Shown here one piece after another: positions 52,919 to 62,307 of a stretch of 64,000 bases of DNA. The notes under the pieces were generated by a model that saw only the letters and a program-made list of their open reading frames with translations, did no database searches and was not told where the DNA came from. Source of the DNA: Alphaproteobacteria bacterium (GTDB lineage: Bacteria; Pseudomonadota; Alphaproteobacteria; VGDZ01); NCBI GenBank assembly GCA_016869515.1, contig VGDZ01000006.1, positions 12,592 through 76,591 on the forward strand, in the 5' to 3' direction. The translations under genes were made by a program, and so were the position numbers. Position 1 is the first letter of the stretch. Each line of letters opens with the position of its first letter.

Positions 52919-54337
52919 TCACCGCCAGCCGAGCTGCTGGGGCGTCGCCCAGCAGGCGTGGAATCCGGCCGGCACGCGCTGCGGGATTTCGAGCCGCACC
53001 ACCGGCCCCAGCGCCAGGTCGCGGGCCTCGAACACCTGGACCTCGGAACCGAGATCCCGGGAGCGCACGGCCAGCGTCACCAGCCAGCCTTCGTCCTCGC
53101 GCACGGCGTCGGGATGGGGAACGAACTGGGCCTCCGAGAACATCAGCCCCGATGTGGTCCAGGCCTCGGACTGGCCGGTGTCGAGGTCGTATTTCAACAG
53201 GCCGGGATGATAGAAGGCCGGCCGGTTGCGGCACAGCATGGCAAAGCCGTAGCGGGTCGGGCGCCCGACCCGCGCCGGATCGACGCAGGGAAACTCGGCG
53301 TTGATCTTGGGATCGAGGTAGAACTCGTTGGCGGTCCCGGTGGCAAGATCGAACTCCCAGCGATAGAGCCGCGCATCCATCTCCAGTCCCGCGATCATGG
53401 CGGCGAAGCGCTCGCAGTCGATCGCGCCCTGGGCGTCGCGCGGCGGCTCGTAGCGGCAGCCGACCATGATCACGCGCTCGCCTTCCTCCCAGGCGTTGAC
53501 GACGTGATAGAGAAAGCAGGGCTCGACCTCGAACCAGCGGATCGCGCCGCCATCGCCATGGCGCGGCAGGATACCGAAGCGGGTCGCGATCTCGGGATGA
53601 AAGCGCAGCTTGTGGCGCCCGGCCTTCAGCGCCTCCGCATCGTGAAACAGCGACAGATCGTGCAGGATCGAGAAGCGCTCGGTGATCGCCATGTCGTGCG
53701 GCAGCCGCGGGCCGGGCAGGTCGATCGGCGTGGCGTGGGTCAGCTTGCCGTCCGCACCCAGCACGCCATGGTGCATGTAGGGCGCCTCGACGCCGTAGCC
53801 GAAGATCATCATCTCGCCGCTGACGGGATCGACCTTGGGATGGGCCGAGATCCTGAACGGCGCGTCGAGCGGCCCGCGCGTGGCGAGCGTCGTCGGGTCG
53901 AGCGCGTAGGAGCGTCCGCACAGATACCAATTCGCCACCAGCCGCCCGCCGTGCATGGCGACGTCGGTATTGGCGGTATCCTTGAGCGGCATGTCCGGCC
54001 GATCGCGCCGCGGCGGGTCCATCACGCCCCGCCACAGCGCGCGGCCGGCGGCCTCTTCCTCGGCCAGCCCGGCGGTCCGGACATAGCGGTTGCGATATGA
54101 GGCCTTGCCGTCGCGGAAGCTGACGGCGTGGATCATGCCGTCGCCGTCGAACCAATGATGCCGTCCGGGCGGATCGAAGCGCGGATTGGGGCCGTTGCGG
54201 AAATAGGCCCCGGCCAGCTCGTCGGGCACGTCGCCCTCGAGCACGCGCAACTCGGCAACGTCGATTTCGGTCTCGATCGGCGCGTAGGCGCCTTCGATAT
54301 AGCGATCGAGCGGCCCCGAAACTGCTGGGCGGGTCAT
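52919..54337 (-). CDS. carotenoid cleavage dioxygenase family protein (RPE65/lignostilbene dioxygenase-like)
   Basis: 472 aa from the internal Met (GGAGG RBS). Four conserved His positions and the CCD beta-propeller pattern (...FDGDGM..., HD, FHAHW-like). An alternative start lies 27 nt upstream. Confidence 0.88.
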   Translation of the reverse strand: MTRPAVSGPLDRYIEGAYAPIETEIDVAELRVLEGDVPDELAGAYFRNGPNPRFDPPGRHHWFDGDGMIHAVSFRDGKASYRNRYVRTAGLAEEEAAGRALWRGVMDPPRRDRPDMPLKDTANTDVAMHGGRLVANWYLCGRSYALDPTTLATRGPLDAPFRISAHPKVDPVSGEMMIFGYGVEAPYMHHGVLGADGKLTHATPIDLPGPRLPHDMAITERFSILHDLSLFHDAEALKAGRHKLRFHPEIATRFGILPRHGDGGAIRWFEVEPCFLYHVVNAWEEGERVIMVGCRYEPPRDAQGAIDCERFAAMIAGLEMDARLYRWEFDLATGTANEFYLDPKINAEFPCVDPARVGRPTRYGFAMLCRNRPAFYHPGLLKYDLDTGQSEAWTTSGLMFSEAQFVPHPDAVREDEGWLVTLAVRSRDLGSEVQVFEARDLALGPVVRLEIPQRVPAGFHACWATPQQLGWR

Positions 54338-54380
54338 GGCGGCATCCTCCCCGGACGCCGCCATGATAGCCCAGCCCGCG

Positions 54381-55847
54381 TTACATCGCGCGGACCTTGA
54401 CCAGGAACTCGTCGACCTGGCCGGACAGCACCGTGGCGTCCTTGGCCAGCTGGTTGGAGGCCTGCAGCACCATGCCGGCGTTCTGGCCGGTTTCGCTCGA
54501 GGCTTGGGTGACCGACTGGATGTTGGAGGCCACTTCGCGCGTCGCCGCGTTCTGCTGCTCGACCGCCGAGGAGATGGCGGTGGTGATCTCGGAGATCTTG
54601 CCGATGGTGTCCGAAATGCCCTTGATCGACACCACCGTGGTGCGGGTCGATTCCTGGATGCCGCCGATCTGCTGGGCAATCTCCTCGGTCGCCTTGGCGG
54701 TCTGGTTGGCCAGGGTCTTGACCTCCGAGGCGACGACGGCGAAGCCCTTGCCGGCCTCGCCGGCGCGAGCCGCCTCGATGGTGGCATTCAGCGCCAGGAG
54801 GTTGGTCTGGCCGGCGATGTCGTTGATCAGCTTGACCACGTCGCCGATCTTGTTGGCCGCTTCGGCCAGGCCGGCGACCAGCTTGTTGGAGCGTTCGGCC
54901 TCTTCGACCGCGGTGCGCGCGATCTGCGAGGACTGGGTGACCTGGCGGCTGATTTCGCCGACCGAGGCCGAGAGCTCTTCGGTCGCCGAGGCCACCACCG
55001 CCGACTGCTTGTTGGCCTGCTCGGCCGCGGCGGCAAGGCTTTGCGAGGTGGCTTGCAATTCGGTCGCGGCGCTGGACACGGTCTCGACCACCTTCTTGAC
55101 CGAGGATTCGAAGTCGTTGGCCAGCTGCACGTTCTGGGTCACCACCGACCAGCTCAGCACCGGGCCGAGATACTGGTTGTTGCGGTCGTTCAGCGCCGAA
55201 ACCCGCAGATCGAGGGTCTCCGGCCCGACCTTGATCTTGGCGGCATGCGGCAGGTTCTTGGGGTCGCCCAGGATGCGGCGCTGGTGCATCGGGTTCTTGT
55301 GGAACACGTCGACCGAGCTGCCCAGGATCTTGTCGGCCGAGACCGGCAGGTATTGCTGCAGCTTGCGCAGGGTCTCCAGGCTGGTGCGGTTGATGTAGTT
55401 GATCTTGAAGTCGGTGTCGCAGCTCATGATGTTGATCGGCAAGTTGTCGATCATCTGCATCAGCCGGTCGTTGTCGTTTTCCTTCTTGACCGTGTCGGTG
55501 ATCAGCGACCAAACCACCATCGGCGCGACGTAGCGCGAGCCTTCCATCAGCGCGCTGACGTGCAAGTCCAGCCATTCGCCGCCGATGGTGATGCGCGCCT
55601 TGTGCGGCAGGTTGCGCGGATCGGCCAGCATGCGGCGCTGGTGCGCCGGGTTCTTGTGGAAGACGTCGATCGTCGTGCCGATCAACTGATCGGCCTTCAC
55701 CGGTAAAAGATGCTCGATCTTGCGCAGCGTCTCGATCGTGGCCCGGTTGGCGTAATCGATCTTGAAGGTCTGCAGGTCGCAGGTCATGACGTTGACAGGC
55801 AAGTCATGGACCATCTGCTGGAAACGATTCGAGCGCGAACCGAACAT
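54381..55847 (-). CDS. cytoplasmic methyl-accepting chemotaxis protein with two tandem N-terminal PAS-like domains
   Basis: 488-aa protein with no TM helices. Two paralogous ~110-aa domains, each containing DVFHKNP.HQRR, then an MCP signalling domain with methylation heptads. Confidence 0.9.
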   Translation of the reverse strand: MFGSRSNRFQQMVHDLPVNVMTCDLQTFKIDYANRATIETLRKIEHLLPVKADQLIGTTIDVFHKNPAHQRRMLADPRNLPHKARITIGGEWLDLHVSALMEGSRYVAPMVVWSLITDTVKKENDNDRLMQMIDNLPINIMSCDTDFKINYINRTSLETLRKLQQYLPVSADKILGSSVDVFHKNPMHQRRILGDPKNLPHAAKIKVGPETLDLRVSALNDRNNQYLGPVLSWSVVTQNVQLANDFESSVKKVVETVSSAATELQATSQSLAAAAEQANKQSAVVASATEELSASVGEISRQVTQSSQIARTAVEEAERSNKLVAGLAEAANKIGDVVKLINDIAGQTNLLALNATIEAARAGEAGKGFAVVASEVKTLANQTAKATEEIAQQIGGIQESTRTTVVSIKGISDTIGKISEITTAISSAVEQQNAATREVASNIQSVTQASSETGQNAGMVLQASNQLAKDATVLSGQVDEFLVKVRAM

Positions 55848-55949
55848 CGGCCTTCCCCCTTGGGTAGTGGTCTAGGTAGTGGCCGCCAATTGACGGATTT
55901 CTATGGGCATTGTCTATAGGCTGAACGGCCTAAGTACCCCAATAACCCG

Positions 55950-56159
55950 TCAATTCATTAAGGTTACGCGGCGATACTTATCCCGATTACCGAGTTCGGT
56001 AACCGGAACCATTTTGCGTGCTCTGGGGTCGTGATTGGGTACGATGACCGCAAGCACTCTACCGTCCCGGCCGCGCTGAAGCTGGGTGACGGTCCAAATC
56101 GTCGCCGCACGATTGCCCTCGAGATAGCGATCGCCGACCGCCACCGGCTTTTCGGTCAC
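55950..56159 (-). CDS. small hypothetical protein (69 aa; GTG start)
   Basis: It is a paralog of the frameshifted ORF immediately upstream. Shared pattern: AVG.R(F/Y)...W.V......DGR.(Y/L)AV......P.......(I/V)..L.....(F/Y)RRV. Confidence 0.45.
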   Translation of the reverse strand: MTEKPVAVGDRYLEGNRAATIWTVTQLQRGRDGRVLAVIVPNHDPRARKMVPVTELGNRDKYRRVTLMN

Positions 56160-56193
56160 ACCGCAACTCGTCCGGGCATGGGATGCTCGGAAA

Positions 56194-56427
56194 TCACGCG
56201 GCGGAACAGGGCGCGGTCGCGCAACGAGCCGATGGCGATGGTCTTGAGATCGGTCGGGGAGTCGACCCGCGACAGGACGGCGTAGCGCCGCCCATCGACC
56301 GCGTCGTAAACCGCGCCACTTCCCAGACGAAGGAATGCCGGTCCGATTGCTGGAAACGCCAGCCGACCGCGATTTCCTCTTTGCGACTCATCCCGCTTGC
56401 CTTCGCCGAACTCCGCGCCCGACGCAA
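56194..56427 (-). pseudogene. second copy of the small paralog, apparently frameshifted
   Basis: MSRKEEIAVGWRFQQSDRHSFVWEVAR is in one frame. ...AVYDAVDGRRYAVLSRVDSPTDLKTIAIGSLRDRALFRRV is in the next. Together they align to the 69-aa downstream ORF. Confidence 0.3.
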
Positions 56428-56511
56428 ATCATGAAAGCCCCGGCGATGAAATTCAAGCGTCGTGACGATGCGCCTGACGATTGCTATTATCGAGACCGCT
56501 CAGGGGGACGC

Positions 56512-56898
56512 ATGACAAAAGAACAGCTGCAGGATTTCGAGCGGCGCACCTTTCCCAAGGGTACCGTGATCTTCAATCGCGGCGATCTGGCCGACTATGC
56601 CTACATCGTCCAGTCCGGCACGATCGACATCTGCCTCAAATTGGGCGGCGAAGAGAAGCCGTTCGAGACCATGGCGCGCAGCGACGTGTTCGGCGAAATG
56701 GCGCTGATCGATTCGCGGCCGCGCTCGGCGACAGCGGTGGCGACCTCGGATGCGGTCTGCCTGGTGGTGACACGCAAGCGGTTCCAGGACGCGCTCGATG
56801 CCGCCGATCCGCTGGTTTACGCGCTGTTGCGGCTGTTGACCCGACGGTTGCGCCACACCACCGAACATCTCGAGCAGGTCACCGCCAAGCCTAGTTGA
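56512..56898 (+). CDS. stand-alone cyclic-nucleotide-binding domain protein
   Basis: 128-aa protein with GGGGGA RBS and a cNMP-binding beta-roll (...FGEMALID..PRSATAVA). No DNA-binding domain. Confidence 0.8.
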   Translation: MTKEQLQDFERRTFPKGTVIFNRGDLADYAYIVQSGTIDICLKLGGEEKPFETMARSDVFGEMALIDSRPRSATAVATSDAVCLVVTRKRFQDALDAADPLVYALLRLLTRRLRHTTEHLEQVTAKPS

Positions 56899-58267
56899 GC
56901 GAGGCGTTGTTGCGCACGAAGGTCAGGTAGGGCAGCCGCGCGACTTCGCGCGCGGCGACGGCATAGCCTACCACCAGGGTCAGCACGGTGGCGATGAAAT
57001 AGCCGTAGCCATACCAGGCAAATCCCATCTTCAACGTCACCCAGCTCAGCACGCCGTTGCTGACCATGAACAGCAACTGCAGCATCAGCATGTGCCGGCG
57101 CAGGTCGAAATAGGCCAGTACGATGCCGACGAACAGCAGCATGACGTGGAACAGCGCCCCCAGCACGCCAAAGCGGAATATGCCCAGCTGCGTGGCTGGG
57201 ATGCCCATGGCATCGAACAGCCCGGGCGCGACCAGGATCGCGGCGCCGGCGATGCAGGCCTGCAGCACGATGACGTTGCGCGCCGAATCGAGCAGGCTTT
57301 GGATCAATGCCTTGTGATTGCGGCGGATGCGGTCGAGGTTGGCGTGGCCCTGGATGTCCTTGTAAAAGCGCTGATAGTGCTCGAAGAAATCGGTCTCGAT
57401 CGAGACGATGAACACCGCCAGCGCCGGCACGATGGTGAGATAGGCCAGGAACATGGCCGAATCGTAATCGGGAAACGAGATCATGCCGCCCATCGCTTCC
57501 TGCTCGGGCGCGAACCACATCACCCATTTGTCGATCCAGATGGCGACGTTGTAGGCCAGGCCGGCCAGCGCCAGATCCCAGTAGCGGCCGAAGTAGCCGA
57601 GGAAGGCGAAGGGCCGCTGGATCGGATAGGGGTATTCGGCGAAGACCCGCGAGATCAGCGAAAACAAGATGACCGCCAGGCCGATGTCGAATCCGCCCAT
57701 CAGGCCAAGCGCGCCGAAACGCTCGACCAACGCGATGCCGCCCAGGAACGACGCCGCCATGCCGATCGCAAAGGCATAGGTGATGGAACGAAAATCCTTG
57801 AGCGCGGTCAGGTAGAGGCCGACCATCCAGATGCCGGAGACGAGGTGGAAATTGACGATGGTCGCGATCCGCATCGGATCGCTCATCTTGGCGACGCTGA
57901 AATAGAACCACGCCACCGGCGGCGTCGACACCAAATACAAGATTCCCAGCCCGGCCAACAGCATGCCGGGCGCCTCGGCGACGCGCTTGGTGTAGATCAG
58001 ATCGGCCAGATAGCGAGTGGCGACGATCACCAATGGCCCCGAAAACACCAGGCTGAAGGCGAAATTGTAGATCAGCGCGATGCGGTAGGTGCCGATCTCG
58101 TTGATGGTGGTGAGCTGGCCGCCGATCAGATTGATGCCGCCGACCGCCAGCACGGTGAACATCCACGGCCCGGCCGAGACCAGGGCCGAATGGGCATAGC
58201 ACTCGATGATGCCGAGCAGATCGTCGCGGCGAGCCAGCTTGCGAAGCGCGAATCCGATGCCGGCCAT
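56891..58267 (-). CDS. pelG: Pel exopolysaccharide biosynthesis protein PelG (MATE-like 12-TM protein)
   Basis: 458-aa polytopic protein with PelG-family similarity and length. Confidence 0.85.
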   Translation of the reverse strand: MAGIGFALRKLARRDDLLGIIECYAHSALVSAGPWMFTVLAVGGINLIGGQLTTINEIGTYRIALIYNFAFSLVFSGPLVIVATRYLADLIYTKRVAEAPGMLLAGLGILYLVSTPPVAWFYFSVAKMSDPMRIATIVNFHLVSGIWMVGLYLTALKDFRSITYAFAIGMAASFLGGIALVERFGALGLMGGFDIGLAVILFSLISRVFAEYPYPIQRPFAFLGYFGRYWDLALAGLAYNVAIWIDKWVMWFAPEQEAMGGMISFPDYDSAMFLAYLTIVPALAVFIVSIETDFFEHYQRFYKDIQGHANLDRIRRNHKALIQSLLDSARNVIVLQACIAGAAILVAPGLFDAMGIPATQLGIFRFGVLGALFHVMLLFVGIVLAYFDLRRHMLMLQLLFMVSNGVLSWVTLKMGFAWYGYGYFIATVLTLVVGYAVAAREVARLPYLTFVRNNASLN

Positions 58268-58268
58268 G

Positions 58269-59789
58269 TCACGCCGCCATTTCGGCCGCGGTCGGCGCCG
58301 GCCGATCCGGCGCCGCCCTCAGCTCGGCATAGATATCGCGATAGATGCGGTCGATGTCGACCTTGTTGTAATAGCGCCGCACGCGCTCGCGGATGGCGTG
58401 GCTGCACTTGGCGCGCCAGGCCGGGTCCATCAACAGCCGCGCCAGCGCCTGGGCGGTCGAAGCCGGGTTCGACAACGAGACGATGGCGCCGGCCGGGCCG
58501 AGCTGAGGTTCTTCGTCGGACCGGCCGAAGATCATCTCGCGGCAGGCGCCGACATCGGTCGCCACGGTTGGCACGCCGGCGGCGCCGGCTTCGAGGATCA
58601 CCAACGGTTGGGCCTCGCTGATCGAGGTCAAGGCGATGGCGTCGAGCTTGCCGAGATGATCGGTCAGCGCCACCCGGCCGAGGAAGATCACGGTCTCGCT
58701 CAGGCCGAGATGGCTCACCATGCCTTCGCATTCCTTGAAGTATTCCTGGTCCTCGTCGGTCGGCCCCATGACGTAGGCCTTCACGTCGGGAATCTGGTCC
58801 TTGAGGATGGCGGCCGCGCGGATGAAGGTCTTGACGTCCTTGATCGGCACCACCCGGCCGATCAGCGCCACCGCCGGCGGCCGCGCCGCGGGATCGGGCT
58901 GGACCTTGGAATAGCGCGCATAGTCGATGCCGTTGGGCACGATCGCCAGCCGTTCGGGCGGCGCGCCGTCGCGGCGCTGGAGGTCCTGGTTGCCGCCATA
59001 GAGGGTGAAGATGCGCTCGCAGGCCTGATAGCAGGCGCGGCTGTAGCCGATGAAGGTGTCGATCCACAGATCGCGCAAGTCGCGCCGCGGCTTTTCGATC
59101 GCCAGTCCGGCGGCCGAGGCATCGGACAACCAATCGGCCATGGCGATCTCGATCCGGCGCTCGTTGGTGTAGATGCCGTGCTCGGTCAAGATGGCGGGAC
59201 GGCCGGTGATCAGGCGCGCGCGCGCGGCATAGAGACCGGCATAGCCGGTCGACACGGCATGATAGAGGCGGCAGGGAGGCAACGGGCAGATCAGGGTCGC
59301 CAACAGCCCGCCGAGCTGCGCCCGCCAGCTCCAGAAATAATCGATGAACGAGGCGCTGGGCATGGCCTTTTCGTACATGTGCGACAGCAGGTTCCAGGCC
59401 GCATCGGAATCGAGCAAAATATGGCGACCGATGTCGCCAGGCCGGTAGCTCCCGAGATGCCCGACCAGTTCGGCCAGATCGGCCAGTCCGCCTCCGGCCT
59501 GAAGGCGGATCAGCGCCGGTTCGAGATCGCGCAGCAGGTTGCGCCGGCCGGGGACCCGGCTGCGGCCGCGCGGCATGTCCTGCAGGCCGACCACCGTCAA
59601 GCCGCAGACGTTCTTGGGGACTTCGTAGCGATGCTGGCGCGGCTTGGCATCCGGCATCAGCGTCAGGAGATGGAAGCTGAGATCGGACTGGGCGCGGATC
59701 AAGTCGTGCACCCAGCTCGACACGCCGCCGGCGACGAAGGGGTAGGTGCCTTCCAGCACCAGGCAGACATCGGCCGGTGCAGTGCTCAT
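58269..59789 (-). CDS. pelF: Pel biosynthesis glycosyltransferase PelF (GT4)
   Basis: ~506 aa from the internal Met (MSTAPADVCLVLEGTYPFVAGGVSSWV...). GT-B/GT4 fold similarity. Start overlaps the pelE stop (ATGA). Confidence 0.9.
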   Translation of the reverse strand: MSTAPADVCLVLEGTYPFVAGGVSSWVHDLIRAQSDLSFHLLTLMPDAKPRQHRYEVPKNVCGLTVVGLQDMPRGRSRVPGRRNLLRDLEPALIRLQAGGGLADLAELVGHLGSYRPGDIGRHILLDSDAAWNLLSHMYEKAMPSASFIDYFWSWRAQLGGLLATLICPLPPCRLYHAVSTGYAGLYAARARLITGRPAILTEHGIYTNERRIEIAMADWLSDASAAGLAIEKPRRDLRDLWIDTFIGYSRACYQACERIFTLYGGNQDLQRRDGAPPERLAIVPNGIDYARYSKVQPDPAARPPAVALIGRVVPIKDVKTFIRAAAILKDQIPDVKAYVMGPTDEDQEYFKECEGMVSHLGLSETVIFLGRVALTDHLGKLDAIALTSISEAQPLVILEAGAAGVPTVATDVGACREMIFGRSDEEPQLGPAGAIVSLSNPASTAQALARLLMDPAWRAKCSHAIRERVRRYYNKVDIDRIYRDIYAELRAAPDRPAPTAAEMAA

Positions 59790-60903
59790 GCCGTGCGGCC
59801 CGCCCACAGCCGCAGCACTTCGCGCATCTCGTGCGGGAACGAGGCATCGGCCTCGGCGCCCTCGAGCCTGTGCGATGCGATCTGCCGCATCTCGGCGAAG
59901 CGACCGAGCCGGAACAGGCATTCCAAGTACCAGTCGTGCAGGCGGCGGTCGCGCGCGCCCGCATTGATCGCCGGCTCGATCGCCTCCAGCGCTTCTTTGA
60001 ATCGGCCGTCGCGCAGCGCGATGCGTCCGACGGCGCTGCGCACGGTGTTGTGTCGGGGATCGAGTTCGAGGCCCGGCGATAATGGGCCAGGGCGCGGTCG
60101 CGGTTGGCGGCGGCACGCTCGGGGTCGAGCAGGCCCGAGAAGGCGTAATCGTCGTAGGCCAACGCCAAGGCCAGAAAAGTATCGAACTCCTTGGCCCCTT
60201 TCGCGATCTCGCCTTCCAGCCGCATGATGTCCTTTTGGAAGCGGTTTTCGATCTGTGCCGCGGCGGTGGCGGCCTGGACGCGAATCGCCGGTTCGCCGTC
60301 CGACAGCGCCATGCGCAGCGCCTCGGCGAAGCGGGGTTTGTAGTGCCGCGCCAACAGCGCGATCACCGCGCGTTTCTGCTCGAGCGTGCCGAGCGAAAGA
60401 ATGTCCGCGAAAGACGCGACCGAGGCCGGTGTCGCCGCGGTGTCGCGGCCGGCGACGATGGTGTCGTAAAGCTCGCGTGCCGAGCCGAGTTCCTCTTCGG
60501 GAAAGAGCGAGGCGTACCACTCCTCGAAGGTGCTGGCGGAACGCCGGAACCAGGCGTGCAGTGCCAGGGTGAACAGCGCCCCGCCGACACCGAAGGGTCC
60601 CAATGCCAACGTCGACAAGGCCAGCAAGGTGGTGAAGCGCGAGTCCTCGCCCGCGGCCTGCCGCCAGGCGGCATGCGCCCCCAGGATCAAGCACAGCCCG
60701 ATATGGGCCAGCGCCACCGGCGCCAGCGTCGTCGGGTCGCGCACCAATGTCACCATCATCACGCTTTCGGCGACGGCGGCAGCGCTACCCAGCATCGCCA
60801 GCTCGGCCCAGCGCAACCGGCCGGCGCTGGCCAGAGTCCGGCGCGGTGCCGCCTCGCCCAGCCCGTGGCCGGCGGCGACGACCGCGGCGTTAAGCCCGCT
60901 CAT
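59786..60903 (-). pseudogene. pelE: PelE (inner-membrane TPR protein) with an apparent +1/-1 frameshift at ~60073
   Basis: The N-terminal TM/TPR part is in the frame starting at 60903 (MSGLNAAVV...ALAHYRRA). The C-terminal TPR part (LELDPRHNTVRSAVGRIALRDGRFKEALEAIEPAINAGARDRRLHDWYLE...) is in another frame. The junction is at CGCCGGGCCTCG (a GGG run). Confidence 0.65.
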
Positions 60904-62305
60904 CGCGCTTGACCTCGTGCAGCACTTGGACCGAAGCCGTCATCTTCAGGTTCGAAGCCGCCGACGGCAGGTTGCGCTTGAGATCGGCCAGCAGCTTGTC
61001 GGCCACGGCGCCGGCGTTGGCGACCGGGGTCGCCGGCAGCATCAGGACGTATTCGTAGCCCTGGCGGCGGAAGTCGAACGCCAGGTCGGTGGTGCGCAGT
61101 TGGCGCTGGACCGCATCCGAGATCGCCTGCGATACCTGGCCGAGCGTGTCGGGATCGAGCCGATCGGCATCCTCGATGCGCAGCACCACCAGCGGCACGT
61201 CGAAACCGACCCGCGCCGCCAGCGAGCGCATGAACTTGGACTGGCGTTCGAAATAGCCGGCCGACATCAGCTGGCCCGCGCCCGACAGAACGCTGGTCTC
61301 CTCGGCCAGCTGGTAGCGCAGCGCGGTGGCGTAGGCGGTGCCGATCCAATCGCACAGCACCCGGAAGTTCTCGATCGCGGCGATGTTGAACTCGCGGAAC
61401 CCCATGCGCTCGATCTTGAGCATGCCGATCAATTCGCCGGTGTCGGGGTTGACCAGCGGTCCCGCCAGCACGCCTTCGCCCGCCAGCACCCGTTCTTCGT
61501 TGGCGCGCGCCGCGCACACCACCTGGCGGCCGGAGACGATGGCCGCGAACAGCGGCGCCGACGCCGCGAAGCGCCGGCCGAACTTGTCCTCTTCGGTCCA
61601 GCCTTCGCACAGCATGGCTTCGAGCGCGTCGCGATTGAGCACGAACACCGAGAACGCCTCCGGCGACAAGATTGCGCGCACCAGTCCGGAGACCCCGGCC
61701 ATGACCTCGCCCGGACCCAATTTCTCGATCCCCTTGGCGGCTTGGTAGGTCGAGATCACGGTGCGCATCTGGCCGGCGACGCGGGCTTCCAGCTGGTCCT
61801 TGGCCAGCGCCATCTGGCGATAGGTGGCGGTGATGACCTGGGTCTCGCGGTTGGCTTCGTCTAGATTGACCGCCAATTCCTCTTCGCGACGGGACTGGCG
61901 CATGCGCAGTTCGCCGAACACCACCGCCGACAGCAGCCAGCCGGTGGGCTGCCAGCTGATCTCGAACAGATAGGCATAGAGGTCCTGCTCGATGCGCTGC
62001 GGCGGCAAGTTGCCGACCAGCAGCACGGCGCTGGAGACCGCGGCCGCGACCAGCCCCTCGTTGGTGCCGTATTGCACCGCCATCAGCATGACGATCAGCC
62101 AAAAGGGATGGGGCGTGACCGAGCGGAAGCGCGTGCCTTCGAAGAAGACGAAGTCGAGCGCCAGCACCAGCACGTAGAATCCAGCCATCTCGATCAAGCC
62201 GCTGCGGCGCAAACCCAAGAAGCGCACCGGCGCGCGGGTCACCGCGGCCGTCCCGCCTGCCTCGGCCGGAGGCGGTTTCGAGGCTGGAGGCGGCGGCGCG
62301 CTCAT
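60890..62305 (-). CDS. pelD: PelD (c-di-GMP-binding inner-membrane protein with GAF and degenerate GGDEF domains)
   Basis: 471 aa from the internal Met. N-terminal TM helices, then GAF-like and GGDEF-like domains. PelD-family similarity. Confidence 0.85.
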   Translation of the reverse strand: MSAPPPPASKPPPAEAGGTAAVTRAPVRFLGLRRSGLIEMAGFYVLVLALDFVFFEGTRFRSVTPHPFWLIVMLMAVQYGTNEGLVAAAVSSAVLLVGNLPPQRIEQDLYAYLFEISWQPTGWLLSAVVFGELRMRQSRREEELAVNLDEANRETQVITATYRQMALAKDQLEARVAGQMRTVISTYQAAKGIEKLGPGEVMAGVSGLVRAILSPEAFSVFVLNRDALEAMLCEGWTEEDKFGRRFAASAPLFAAIVSGRQVVCAARANEERVLAGEGVLAGPLVNPDTGELIGMLKIERMGFREFNIAAIENFRVLCDWIGTAYATALRYQLAEETSVLSGAGQLMSAGYFERQSKFMRSLAARVGFDVPLVVLRIEDADRLDPDTLGQVSQAISDAVQRQLRTTDLAFDFRRQGYEYVLMLPATPVANAGAVADKLLADLKRNLPSAASNLKMTASVQVLHEVKRDERA

Positions 62306-62307
62306 GC

